Shown here one piece after another: positions 1 to 8,917 of a stretch of DNA of 64,000 nucleotides. The translations under genes and the position numbers were made by a program. The DNA comes from Bacteroidia bacterium (GTDB lineage: Bacteria; Bacteroidota; Bacteroidia; Bacteroidales; VadinHA17). Numbering within the stretch: the first letter of the stretch is position 1; every line of letters starts with the position of its first letter. The stretch lies in contig JAPLED010000112.1 in NCBI GenBank assembly GCA_026391475.1, positions 12,406-76,405 of the forward strand, written 5' to 3'. The notes under the pieces are model-generated. The model was not told where the DNA came from, did not search any database, and saw nothing but the letters and a program-made list of their open reading frames with translations.

Positions 1-248
1 ATGGCGACATGATTACTGTAACATGCGCTATGGAAGATTTCGGAAGCGTTAACAGGAAACTTTATGAACTCAGTATTGAACCGGAAGAAGCCGGATTGAA
101 AAGGATTCCCGGCGACACTAAGAAACTTGATCTTGAATCTGCAAGAAAAGTTCTCAGACTTATAGATACTCTTGAAGATGATGATGATATCCAGTTTGTA
201 TATCATAACCTTGAGATGACTGACGAACTGGCAGCAGAATTGGGATAG
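1..248 (+). CDS. YebC/PmpR-family transcriptional regulator, C-terminal fragment (5' end lies outside the window)
   Basis: The reading frame is open to the window edge. The tail ...RLIDTLEDDDDIQFVYHNLEM matches the conserved LED.DDVQ.VY.N C-terminal segment of YebC-family proteins. Confidence 0.7.
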   Translation, partial: GDMITVTCAMEDFGSVNRKLYELSIEPEEAGLKRIPGDTKKLDLESARKVLRLIDTLEDDDDIQFVYHNLEMTDELAAELG

Positions 249-266
249 AAATTTTATTTTTACCGC

Positions 267-752
267 ATGATCAGAAAGCTTTTTTTGTTTTTAATTATTC
301 TTGGCTTTTCAACCGGATATGTATCTGCACAATTTTTTGTAAGAACATCAGATCTTTTTCAGAAATCAGATGAAAACTCCCATGCGGGCCATCTTAACAT
401 TATCCAGAATCCGGAAATAGACACCATGATCAGCAGGTATATACTGGTAAATAAAAATCTAAAAGAGAAAAATAGCTACTATGGAATGGAAGGGTGCAGG
501 ATACAGATATACAGTAGTTCAAACAGAAATGCCAAGGTGGAATCAAGAAATGCAAGGGCTGAATTTTTCAACAAGTTCCCGGATATCACTTCATACGAAT
601 TATTTGAAGGACCCGCATGGTATAAGATCAGGGCAGGCGACTTCAGAACAAAAACCGAGGCAACAAGGTTGTTTTTAATAATCAGCAAGGAGTTTCCTGA
701 TGCATATCTCGTCCATGATTTTATAAATTTCCCGGACCTGAATACAAAATAA
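267..752 (+). CDS. SPOR (peptidoglycan-binding) domain protein with N-terminal signal/anchor
   Basis: Hydrophobic N-terminus. The C-terminal ~75 aa (GCRIQIYSSSNRNAKVESRNARAEFFNKFPD...YKIRAGDFRTKTEATRLFLIISKEFPDAYLV) has the SPOR-domain pattern. Confidence 0.7.
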   Translation: MIRKLFLFLIILGFSTGYVSAQFFVRTSDLFQKSDENSHAGHLNIIQNPEIDTMISRYILVNKNLKEKNSYYGMEGCRIQIYSSSNRNAKVESRNARAEFFNKFPDITSYELFEGPAWYKIRAGDFRTKTEATRLFLIISKEFPDAYLVHDFINFPDLNTK

Positions 753-754
753 TT

Positions 755-2656
755 ATGAGTGACAAGATCAAGCATGAATGCGGCATAGCGATGTTAAGAT
801 TGCGTAAGCCGATGGAATATTATATTGAAAAATATGGTACATGGAACTATGGCCTTCAGAAGATGTACCTTATGATGGAAAAGCAGCATAACAGGGGCCA
901 GGATGGTGCCGGAATAGCTGGAATAAAGTTAAGTGTTCCGCCAGGTAACAGATATATTTTCAGACAAAGATCAAACATAGCTAATCCTATAAAAGAGATT
1001 TTCAGCCTGATTTATGAAGATATTGATGCATTTACCAGCACTCACCCTGAGGATTTTAAAAATCCGGCTTTTATTAAGGAAAATGTTCCGTTTGCCTGCG
1101 ACATCTATCTGGGACACCTGAGGTACGGCACTTACGGGAATTATAACATAGACTATGTGCACCCCGTAAGCCGTGAGAATAACTGGAGGTCAAAGAACCT
1201 TGTCATGGCAGGTAATTTCAACCTTACAAATGTCGGAGAAGTTTTCAGCAGCCTGGTCGAGTTGGGTCAGAACCCTGTTGATTTTTCTGATACTGTGACA
1301 ATACTTGAAAATGTCGGACACCGCCTCGATGAGGAAAACGAGAGACTGTTCCGCAAATTCAAGGACGAGGGCTTTTCAAAAAAAGAGATATCCCCGCTGA
1401 TAGAGAAAAATCTGGATGTTACTTCTATACTAAGAAAAGCAAGTCGTAATTGGGATGGAGGTTATGCAATGGCCGGTATGGTTGGCCATGGTGATGCATT
1501 TGTCATGAGAGATCCGGCCGGTATCAGGCCTGCTTATTATTATATTAACGATGAGGTAGTTGTTGTTGCTTCTGAGAGACCTGTGATTCAGACAATATTT
1601 AATGTCAGAACCGATAATGTCAAAGAGCTTCCACCTGCAAGCGCTATTATAATTAAATCTTCGGGAGAAACAACCATTGAAAAGATCAGGGAGGAGACCG
1701 AACAAAGAAAATGCTCATTTGAAAGAATATATTTTTCAAGAGGAACGGATAAGGCTATTTACAGGGAAAGAAAGAAACTTGGAGAACTGTTGACGCATCC
1801 TGTTCTGAAAGCAGTAAACTATGATCTTGACAATACTGTTTTTTCATATATCCCGAATACTGCCGAAAGTGCGTTTTATGGTTTAATAAAAGGGGTCGAG
1901 GATTATCTTAATCAGACAAAAATTGATGACATTCTTCGCAAGGGGAAAGACCTTACCAGGGCGGAGCTTGAAAAAATTATTCAGCAACGGCCAAGAGTAG
2001 AAAAAATTGCAGTTAAGGATGCAAAGTTGCGAACATTCATAACAGAAGATAGCAGTCGCGATGATCTTGTAGGACATATATATGATGTTACGTATGGGGT
2101 TATCAGGCGCGGTATAGATAATCTTGTTGTTATTGATGACTCGATTGTCAGAGGCACCACATTAAAGAAAAGTATAATCCGGATTCTTGATAAACTGGAT
2201 CCGAAAAAGATAATTGTTGTCTCTTCATCACCGCAGTTGAGATACCCCGATTGCTATGGAATTGACATGGCTAAACTGGGCGATTTTATTGCATTCAAAG
2301 CGGCTATTGAGCTTTTAAAGGATACCGGCAGAGAGTCGTTGATCAAACAGGTTTATGAAGAAGCTGTTTCTGAACTTAAGAAACCTGTTGAGGAGATGAA
2401 AAATTTGGTTAGGGAAATCTATAAGCCTTTCTCTCCCGACGAGATATCAAAGAAAATATCCTCAATGCTTAAATCAGATGAAATAAGATCAGAAGTTGAA
2501 ATTGTATTTCAGTCGATTGAAGGTCTGCACGAAGCTTGTCCTGGTCATCTGGGTGATTGGTATTTTACCGGTAATTATCCAACCCCGGGGGGCAATAAAG
2601 TAGTAAACCAGTCATTTGTTAACTACATGGAAGGTAGAAATATACGGGCTTATTGA
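755..2656 (+). CDS. purF: amidophosphoribosyltransferase (class II glutamine amidotransferase, long Bacteroidota-type form)
   Basis: N-terminal ...HECGIA nucleophile-Cys motif. PRTase signature VVIDDSIVRGTT. 633 aa. Confidence 0.8.
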   Translation: MSDKIKHECGIAMLRLRKPMEYYIEKYGTWNYGLQKMYLMMEKQHNRGQDGAGIAGIKLSVPPGNRYIFRQRSNIANPIKEIFSLIYEDIDAFTSTHPEDFKNPAFIKENVPFACDIYLGHLRYGTYGNYNIDYVHPVSRENNWRSKNLVMAGNFNLTNVGEVFSSLVELGQNPVDFSDTVTILENVGHRLDEENERLFRKFKDEGFSKKEISPLIEKNLDVTSILRKASRNWDGGYAMAGMVGHGDAFVMRDPAGIRPAYYYINDEVVVVASERPVIQTIFNVRTDNVKELPPASAIIIKSSGETTIEKIREETEQRKCSFERIYFSRGTDKAIYRERKKLGELLTHPVLKAVNYDLDNTVFSYIPNTAESAFYGLIKGVEDYLNQTKIDDILRKGKDLTRAELEKIIQQRPRVEKIAVKDAKLRTFITEDSSRDDLVGHIYDVTYGVIRRGIDNLVVIDDSIVRGTTLKKSIIRILDKLDPKKIIVVSSSPQLRYPDCYGIDMAKLGDFIAFKAAIELLKDTGRESLIKQVYEEAVSELKKPVEEMKNLVREIYKPFSPDEISKKISSMLKSDEIRSEVEIVFQSIEGLHEACPGHLGDWYFTGNYPTPGGNKVVNQSFVNYMEGRNIRAY

Positions 2657-3612
2657 TTCTCATGGGAAAACCAGGTTATTTCGAAGTCTTTTTTATAGGA
2701 AGAAAGGTGCCTGTTAATTTTTTCAACGTAAATATCCCTTAGAGTAATCATTATTCCGGTCTCCTCAACATCACCGAATTTATGATTTATAAAAGTGCCG
2801 AAAGTGCGCATGGTAGGCGACAGATTCATGTAGGCATTAATAAGCGGAGGAATATTCTCATTAAGGTTTCTGACCTCTCTTGACAGAATCTTATAATTTT
2901 CCTTATATCTCCACCCCCTAAAAATCTTTTTCATGGCTTCCTGATGAATATCAATATTAGCAGGTTCATTGGGAGTAACAAGTTGATCGGGATCTTTGAA
3001 GTGCCTCTTCAGAAAATAGAGGATCATATCTCTGGCTTTCTGATTGAAATGAGGATACATTGTCACTTTTCCGAATAGGTACTTAAGGTGGTGATTATCA
3101 ATTATTATAGCACCAAGGCCATCCCAGAGATTATCAAGGGCAAACAGACTTTTCCTACCCATGGAACGCGATTGATAGTCGGGATGAACAAATGACCGGC
3201 CAAGCTCCATCAGATGAGGATAATACTTTGAAAGAAATTTTTCAGAAAAATGAAAATAAGCTGATGATGCGAGTTTGGTTATATCGCAGTTTGTACAACC
3301 TTTTTCGGGAAAATAAAAACGATAACCGCCAATTATTTCCTTGTTTTCAGGATCCCATACTATTAATTGCTTCTGAGGATCAACCTTTGCCGTGTCAAAA
3401 TCGTCAATATCGATCTCTTTTCCTGTACCACCTCCTGCGTGACGAAAAGTTAACTCCCTCACCCGGCCAGTTTCGTGCATAAGGGCAGGAGAGTCATTAT
3501 TGTCAAAGATATAAACCTCATTGTTGCCATTATTGGTCCTGCGAAGAAGCTTACCACTCGTTAATTCGGCAATTATCTGATCCTTTGGTAATTGGTCAAC
3601 AACGGGTTTCAT
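2650..3612 (-). CDS. glsB: OlsB/GlsB-like lipid N-acyltransferase (GNAT/hemolysin-like fold)
   Basis: Has GGYRF and MELGRSFVHPDYQ motifs typical of the Acetyltransf_5/OlsB family. It lies immediately downstream of a PlsC-like acyltransferase on the same strand. Confidence 0.6.
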   Translation of the reverse strand: MKPVVDQLPKDQIIAELTSGKLLRRTNNGNNEVYIFDNNDSPALMHETGRVRELTFRHAGGGTGKEIDIDDFDTAKVDPQKQLIVWDPENKEIIGGYRFYFPEKGCTNCDITKLASSAYFHFSEKFLSKYYPHLMELGRSFVHPDYQSRSMGRKSLFALDNLWDGLGAIIIDNHHLKYLFGKVTMYPHFNQKARDMILYFLKRHFKDPDQLVTPNEPANIDIHQEAMKKIFRGWRYKENYKILSREVRNLNENIPPLINAYMNLSPTMRTFGTFINHKFGDVEETGIMITLRDIYVEKINRHLSSYKKDFEITWFSHENQ

Positions 3613-3695
3613 TGAATCTTAATAAGTGGTATTGATTTATGCGAATATTATTTTCAAAAAATGCAATGCAATTTAATCTTTTTTTAATTCTGTAA

Positions 3696-4541
3696 TTATA
3701 CGAAAATAAATGATTCGAGTTCGTACGATTTAGATTTAACCCAATCGGCCCATTCCAATGCAGATCTGGTTTTATCAAAGGTTTCCCATGGTATTGTTTT
3801 ACCAAAAACCAGCCGGATCTCTTTATCCTTTTGTTTGAACATCTCATCAGCAAGATAGAGCATCTCTATATTAGCTTTGATGCCTAAGAATTTTCTGATA
3901 TTGGAGAGGTTATAGAAAAAATTGGAATTTCTGCCGGAAAAATATGCGGGAACAATATCTCTTTTATGTTGTATTGCCTTTGATATGAAACTTTTATGCC
4001 ACTGCAGGTCCTTAACAACACCCCTTTTCTTTCTTGAACATAATCCTGCCGGAAAATAGAGTATCTGGCTTCCGGAAGAGTATGCCTCTTCAATCTTCCT
4101 GGCTGCATCCTTCCCCTGAGATCCATGCTTATTTACCGGAAGAAAAATGCCTGACAGATTTTCGATATTGATAAGTATATCGTTTACAGGAAATTTTATG
4201 TCAGGGAAATATTTCGATAATTCATAAATAAATACCAGTCCGTCAAGTCCGCCAAGAGGGTGATTTGAAACGAAAATATATCTGCCTGTTTTTGGGATAT
4301 TTTCACTCCAAGTGATATTGAATTTAATTTCAAAATGCTTCAGCCATGCCTCTATTAATTCAGCATCTCTCAGATGACCCCATTTTTCCAGAAAACCATT
4401 CAGATCATCCTGATGCACAATTCTTTTCAGGTAGTTTACAACGAATCCGGGTAAAGCCTTTTTGAGTGCCGGATTTTTCGAATAGAGGATTTTTTTGACG
4501 TCTATTTTCTGAATTTCTTTTTTATCCGGTGCACTGGCCAT
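3696..4541 (-). CDS. glsA: lysophospholipid/PlsC-family O-acyltransferase (GlsA-like)
   Basis: SNHPLGGLDG acyltransferase histidine box and FPAG motif (YFPAGLCSRK). Paired with the N-acyltransferase gene. Confidence 0.6.
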   Translation of the reverse strand: MASAPDKKEIQKIDVKKILYSKNPALKKALPGFVVNYLKRIVHQDDLNGFLEKWGHLRDAELIEAWLKHFEIKFNITWSENIPKTGRYIFVSNHPLGGLDGLVFIYELSKYFPDIKFPVNDILINIENLSGIFLPVNKHGSQGKDAARKIEEAYSSGSQILYFPAGLCSRKKRGVVKDLQWHKSFISKAIQHKRDIVPAYFSGRNSNFFYNLSNIRKFLGIKANIEMLYLADEMFKQKDKEIRLVFGKTIPWETFDKTRSALEWADWVKSKSYELESFIFV

Positions 4542-4572
4542 CTCTCCAAAGATTTTATTTAAAATGAAGGTT

Positions 4573-4580
4573 CAAATTTA
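4573..4580 (-). promoter_or_regulatory. candidate Bacteroidota -7 promoter box (TAAATTTG on the minus strand) for the glsA-glsB operon
   Basis: Matches TAnnTTTG and lies 32 nt upstream of the glsA ATG. No clear -33 TTTG was seen. Confidence 0.3.
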
Positions 4581-4624
4581 TTAAAAAAATAACATTTGCA
4601 CCAATCCCTTCTTTTACAGAAAAT

Positions 4625-4910
4625 GAACCCATCCCCTGGCTCTTAACTTGTGTATTAACTCACATCCTGCCTCCCTCTCTGACCAAATTACCTCATCCCC
4701 CCGACCCCCTTCTCCTGAAAGAGAAGGGAGTAATAGAAAGAATATCAGATAGATAAGTCCCTCTCATGAAGGAGAGGGATTTAGGGTGAGGTGGATTAGT
4801 GAGAGGAATTTAGAATACTATGGATACAATAGGGAGATGTAGGGTGAGGTGGATTTAAAAAAGAGGTTTAGATCAGGTAAAAAATTTACAGGGGCTGGGG
4901 TGTGGAAAGA
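4625..4910. repeat. cluster of GC-rich mini-hairpins and direct/inverted repeats (REP/MITE-like)
   Basis: Hairpin CCCTTCTC-ctgaaa-GAGAAGGG at 4707-4728. Hairpin TCCCTCTC-atgaag-GAGAGGGA at 4758-4779. Exact 16-nt direct repeat TAGGGTGAGGTGGATT at 4782-4797 and 4840-4855. The left arm is C-rich (ACCTCATCCCCCCGACCCCC) and the right arm is G-rich. Confidence 0.6.
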
Positions 4911-5000
4911 AAATTATTGGAATCCCGAATTATGCAAAAATTTTATACCGACCAACAGATAATAAAAATCCCCTATAAAGTTATCAACAAAAAAAGAAAA

Positions 5001-5030
5001 AAGTGGAGTAAAGTGGAGTAAAGTGGATAA
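5001..5030 (+). promoter_or_regulatory. candidate MraZ operator: three direct 10-bp repeats AAGTGGAGTA / AAGTGGAGTA / AAGTGGATAA
   Basis: Perfect 10-bp phasing of a GTGG core, 40 nt upstream of the mraZ ATG. MraZ is known to bind phased GTGG-type direct repeats upstream of dcw clusters. Confidence 0.6.
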
Positions 5031-5069
5031 TTATTATTTAATTTAGCCCTTTAATTTGAAAAAGCGAGG

Positions 5070-5537
5070 ATGGCCACATTTATTGGTGATTACACGTGCA
5101 AGGTGGATGTCAAGGGAAGGATAATACTCCCCATGGCATTCAAAAAGCAGATGCCTGCTGATGCACAGGATCATTTCGTAGTGCGGAAGGATATCTTCGA
5201 AAATTGTCTTGTGCTCTATTCCATTGAAGACTGGAACAGGCAGCTGGACAAGATCAGAAAAAGAATCAACCCCTATAACCGTGAGCATAATATGTTCCTG
5301 CGGAATTTTTTTAAAGGAACAGCTGAACTCTCGCTTGATAATAACAACCGCTTACTGGTTCCTAAAAGATTAATGGATCTTATCGGAGCCGAAAGGGATG
5401 TTGTTCTTGCAGGTCAGGATGGTCGGATTGAGATCTGGGCAGCTGATGTCTATGATAAAATTGATATGCCTGCGGAAGATTTTGCCAACCTGGCTGAGAA
5501 ACTGATGGGTGGAAGTTTAAATGATCCTGAAATATAA
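5070..5537 (+). CDS. mraZ: transcriptional regulator MraZ
   Basis: 155 aa with two SpoVT/AbrB-like halves (DVKGRIILP..., NNRLLVPKRL). First gene of the dcw cluster. Confidence 0.95.
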   Translation: MATFIGDYTCKVDVKGRIILPMAFKKQMPADAQDHFVVRKDIFENCLVLYSIEDWNRQLDKIRKRINPYNREHNMFLRNFFKGTAELSLDNNNRLLVPKRLMDLIGAERDVVLAGQDGRIEIWAADVYDKIDMPAEDFANLAEKLMGGSLNDPEI

Positions 5538-6436
5538 TGGTTTACCATATTCCCGCACTGCTCAATGAGAGTATTGAAGGGCTGAACATCCGGTCTGACG
5601 GGATTTATGTCGATGTTACATTCGGAGGCGGAGGGCATTCAATGGAAATTCTGAAACGGCTTACAATAGGAAGACTTATCGCTTTTGATCAGGATGAGGA
5701 TGCCGGATTGAACGTCCCGGTTGACAAAAAGTTTCTTTTTCTTGACCAGAATTTCCGGTTTCTTAAAAACAATCTACTTTTTAATAACATAGGGTCAATA
5801 GATGGTCTGATAGCTGATCTAGGAGTCTCATTCCACCAGTTTGATGAACCTGAAAGAGGATTTACTTTCAGACAGGATGCCCCTCTTGATATGAGAATGA
5901 ATAAAAGTGGTCCGGTAACAGCCGCCCACCTCCTTAAAACACTCGATGAAACATCCCTTGCAGATGTTTTTTACAATTTCGGAGAACTTACAAATTCAAG
6001 AAGAATTGCAAGAGAAATTGTTGCCGCAAGAATAGTAAAGCCACTGACATCTGTCAAAGATATAATTGATGCAATCGGCAAACTGGCACCTTACAGGCAG
6101 GAACATAAATTCTACGCAAAGGTATTTCAGGCTTTACGGATAGCTGTTAATCACGAAATAGACTATCTGAAAGAGATGCTCGAACAGGCTCTGTCTGTGC
6201 TCAATCCTGGCGGAAGACTTGTTATTATAACCTATCATTCGCTTGAAGACAGGGTGGTGAAAAACTTTATGAAGACAGGCAATTTTGAAGGGGAGGAGAA
6301 AAAAGATTTCTATGGGAATGTTGAAACTCCTTTCAGGATAATAAACAGGAAAGGAACAACTCCCGGGGATGAAGAGATTGCGAATAATAACAGGGCAAGA
6401 AGTGCAAGGCTCAGGATAGCCGAAAAAATCAGATAA
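5537..6436 (+). CDS. rsmH: 16S rRNA (cytosine1402-N4)-methyltransferase
   Basis: Motifs DVTFGGGGHS and ITYHSLEDR. TAATG overlap with mraZ. Confidence 0.95.
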   Translation: MVYHIPALLNESIEGLNIRSDGIYVDVTFGGGGHSMEILKRLTIGRLIAFDQDEDAGLNVPVDKKFLFLDQNFRFLKNNLLFNNIGSIDGLIADLGVSFHQFDEPERGFTFRQDAPLDMRMNKSGPVTAAHLLKTLDETSLADVFYNFGELTNSRRIAREIVAARIVKPLTSVKDIIDAIGKLAPYRQEHKFYAKVFQALRIAVNHEIDYLKEMLEQALSVLNPGGRLVIITYHSLEDRVVKNFMKTGNFEGEEKKDFYGNVETPFRIINRKGTTPGDEEIANNNRARSARLRIAEKIR

Positions 6437-6796
6437 ATGGCTGACAGCAAGGAAAATAGCAAAAAACATGCAAAGACCGGAAGTTTCATAAAGGAACTCC
6501 TTAGCGGAAGCATGGTTTCTGAAAAGATCATACTTAAGAATCTTGGGTACGTTTCGCTCGTAACTCTGCTGGCAGCAATTTACATAGGGAACAGGTTTCA
6601 TGCCGAGAAAATAACAAGGGAAACAACAAAGCTTTTAAGGGAGGTTAAAGATCTGAGAGCGGAGTCACTTTCAACATCAGCCGATCTGATGTATGTCAGC
6701 AAGCAATCGGAAGTGTTCAGATTGGTAAGGGAAAAAGGACTTAACCTCGAAGAACTAAAAACCCCGCCATTTAAACTGTTGGTTGATAAAAAGTGA
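6437..6796 (+). CDS. ftsL: FtsL-like cell division protein (Bacteroidota type)
   Basis: 119 aa with a single TM followed by a coiled-coil region. Its position between rsmH and ftsI is canonical. Confidence 0.7.
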   Translation: MADSKENSKKHAKTGSFIKELLSGSMVSEKIILKNLGYVSLVTLLAAIYIGNRFHAEKITRETTKLLREVKDLRAESLSTSADLMYVSKQSEVFRLVREKGLNLEELKTPPFKLLVDKK

Positions 6797-8916
6797 AGAC
6801 TATGGCAGTAAGGGATGAGATAGTATGGCGTAGCGGCATTGTATATTTTGCAATTGCCCTGCTGGCTGCTGCCCTGCTTTTCCGTATCCTGATTCTGCAA
6901 TATGTGCAGCGCGGCAAATGGTCGGATATGAGTGAAAAATTTGTCTATAAAACTGCTGAAATGACTGCAAGCAGGGGAGATATACTGACTAATGACGGAC
7001 GACTTCTCGCTAGTTCGGTACCATACTATACAATCTATATGGATACCAGGAGCTCCGGGATGTCAGGAGCTACATGGTCAAATGGAATAAACGGATTATC
7101 AGCAGGATTGTCACGCCTGTTAGGTGAGAGGTCAACTTCAGGATGGAAATCTGTCATAACTGAAGCAAGAAGGAAGGGTGATCGCTATTTTCTTATCAAA
7201 CGGAAAGTGGATTATGAGACTCTTAAAAAACTAAAAGAGTTACCTGTTTTCAGAGAGGGACAGTATAAAGGAGGTATGGTAGCCCAGGCTGAGAACAGGA
7301 GAATTCTTCCAAACAGTGATCTGGCTGCCCGTACCATTGGTTACCTTAATCTTGGCAGCGAAGGTAATGAGGTTGGAGTGGAAGGGGCTTTTGATAAAGA
7401 TCTCGCAGGTAAGAATGGTGTTGAAGTGAAGCAACGGCTTACAGGAGGCGACTGGATAACTGTTGATAATGCCAACAGCGTGGAAGCAAGAGACGGAAAT
7501 AATGTTGTTACAACATTGGACATTGATCTGCAGGATGTTGCAACAACCGCGCTTCTGAATCAACTCCGGAAATATGGTGCTCATCATGGTTGTGCTGTCC
7601 TTATGGAGGTGTCAACCGGTGATATCAAGGCCATAGCCAACCTGGAAATAGGAAGCGATGGCAACTATCACGAAACTTATAATTATGCTGTAGGAGAGAG
7701 CACCGAACCCGGATCGACTTTTAAGCTTCCTTCTCTGATGGCCGCCATTGAAGACGGAGTTATTGACACCGGAGATATTGTTGACACAGGTACCGGAAGT
7801 GTGAAATATTATAATAAGATCATCAGGGATTCAAGAGAGGAGGGGTACGGCAAAATAACCGTCAAGGAGGTCTTTGAAAAATCGTCTAATGTGGGCATAT
7901 CAAAGCTAATATATGAACATTATAAGGACAAGCCAAAAGAATTTGTGAACCGGCTTTATGCAATGAAGCTTAATAAAAAGCTCGATCTTCAGATAAAAGG
8001 CGAAGGCGAACCTTTAATAAGATATCCCGGCGATAAACTATGGTCAGGTCTTTCACTCCCGATGATGTCGCATGGCTACGAAGTACTTATGACACCATTG
8101 CAGATACTCACTTTCTATAATGCCGTAGCAAACGATGGAAAGATGATGCGTCCGCGGTTTGTGACTGCCATCCTGCGCAACGGAACTGTCATTAAAAGCT
8201 ATGAACCCGACGTCATCATTAATTCGATTGCATCCCGATCCACAATAAGGAAAGCAAAGAAAATGATGGAGGGGGTTGTTGAACACGGAACCGCTACTAA
8301 TCTTAAAAATGCCAATTATAAAATCGCCGGGAAAACAGGTACTGCACAGATAGCCAAGGATAAATATGGTTACAGGCAGGGTGCAAGGATATCTTACCAG
8401 GCCTCTTTTGTAGGATATTTTCCTGCAGAGAACCCTTTGTACTCCTGTATTGTAGTCGTTAACGCTCCTTCAAACGGGGTCTATTATGGAAACCTGGTTG
8501 CCGGATCGGTGTTCAAAGAGATTTCTGATAAAGTTTATGCGACAAGTTTTTTCCGCGATTACAAACCTGAAAATAAAGAAGATATAAAGCTGACTGCTCC
8601 GGAGGCCGGAAATGGCTACAGGGCAGATATTAACGAAGTATTAAGAAACCTGAATGTACGATACAAACGAACTGCCGATGATGAATGGGTAGCTACCCGT
8701 GAAAGTGGTGATACTATAAGACTGGCTGGGGTGAAGATGCTCGATGGACTCGTTCCGGATGTCAGAGGGATGAGCCTCAGGGATGCAATTTATCTTCTTG
8801 AGAACACGGGACTCAGGGTAAGATACAGCGGTAAAGGAAGAGTGCTGAGGCAATCTCCTGAACATGGTGCCCGGTACTATGAAGGAACAGTGGTTTCACT
8901 GGAGATGAATATGTGA
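6793..8916 (+). CDS. ftsI: penicillin-binding protein 3-type transpeptidase with C-terminal PASTA domain
   Basis: Motifs STFK, SSN and KTGT. The C-terminal LVPDVRGMSLRDAIYLLENTGLRV... is a PASTA domain. The start is either GTG 6793 (GTGA overlap with ftsL) or ATG 6802. Confidence 0.9.
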   Translation: MKTMAVRDEIVWRSGIVYFAIALLAAALLFRILILQYVQRGKWSDMSEKFVYKTAEMTASRGDILTNDGRLLASSVPYYTIYMDTRSSGMSGATWSNGINGLSAGLSRLLGERSTSGWKSVITEARRKGDRYFLIKRKVDYETLKKLKELPVFREGQYKGGMVAQAENRRILPNSDLAARTIGYLNLGSEGNEVGVEGAFDKDLAGKNGVEVKQRLTGGDWITVDNANSVEARDGNNVVTTLDIDLQDVATTALLNQLRKYGAHHGCAVLMEVSTGDIKAIANLEIGSDGNYHETYNYAVGESTEPGSTFKLPSLMAAIEDGVIDTGDIVDTGTGSVKYYNKIIRDSREEGYGKITVKEVFEKSSNVGISKLIYEHYKDKPKEFVNRLYAMKLNKKLDLQIKGEGEPLIRYPGDKLWSGLSLPMMSHGYEVLMTPLQILTFYNAVANDGKMMRPRFVTAILRNGTVIKSYEPDVIINSIASRSTIRKAKKMMEGVVEHGTATNLKNANYKIAGKTGTAQIAKDKYGYRQGARISYQASFVGYFPAENPLYSCIVVVNAPSNGVYYGNLVAGSVFKEISDKVYATSFFRDYKPENKEDIKLTAPEAGNGYRADINEVLRNLNVRYKRTADDEWVATRESGDTIRLAGVKMLDGLVPDVRGMSLRDAIYLLENTGLRVRYSGKGRVLRQSPEHGARYYEGTVVSLEMNM

Positions 8917-8917
8917 A

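Noticed and set aside
5039-5046. TAATTTAG as the -7 box of the dcw promoter, just downstream of the MraZ repeats.
   Set aside because: It has one mismatch to TAnnTTTG and no -33 TTTG at the proper spacing. The dcw promoter cannot be placed confidently without transcription start data.
6084-6099. TGGCACcttacAGGCA, a GG-N10-GC sigma-54-like match.
   Set aside because: It lies inside the rsmH coding sequence in the middle of a tightly coupled operon, and the -12 flank is a poor match (AGGC rather than TTGC). It is most likely chance.
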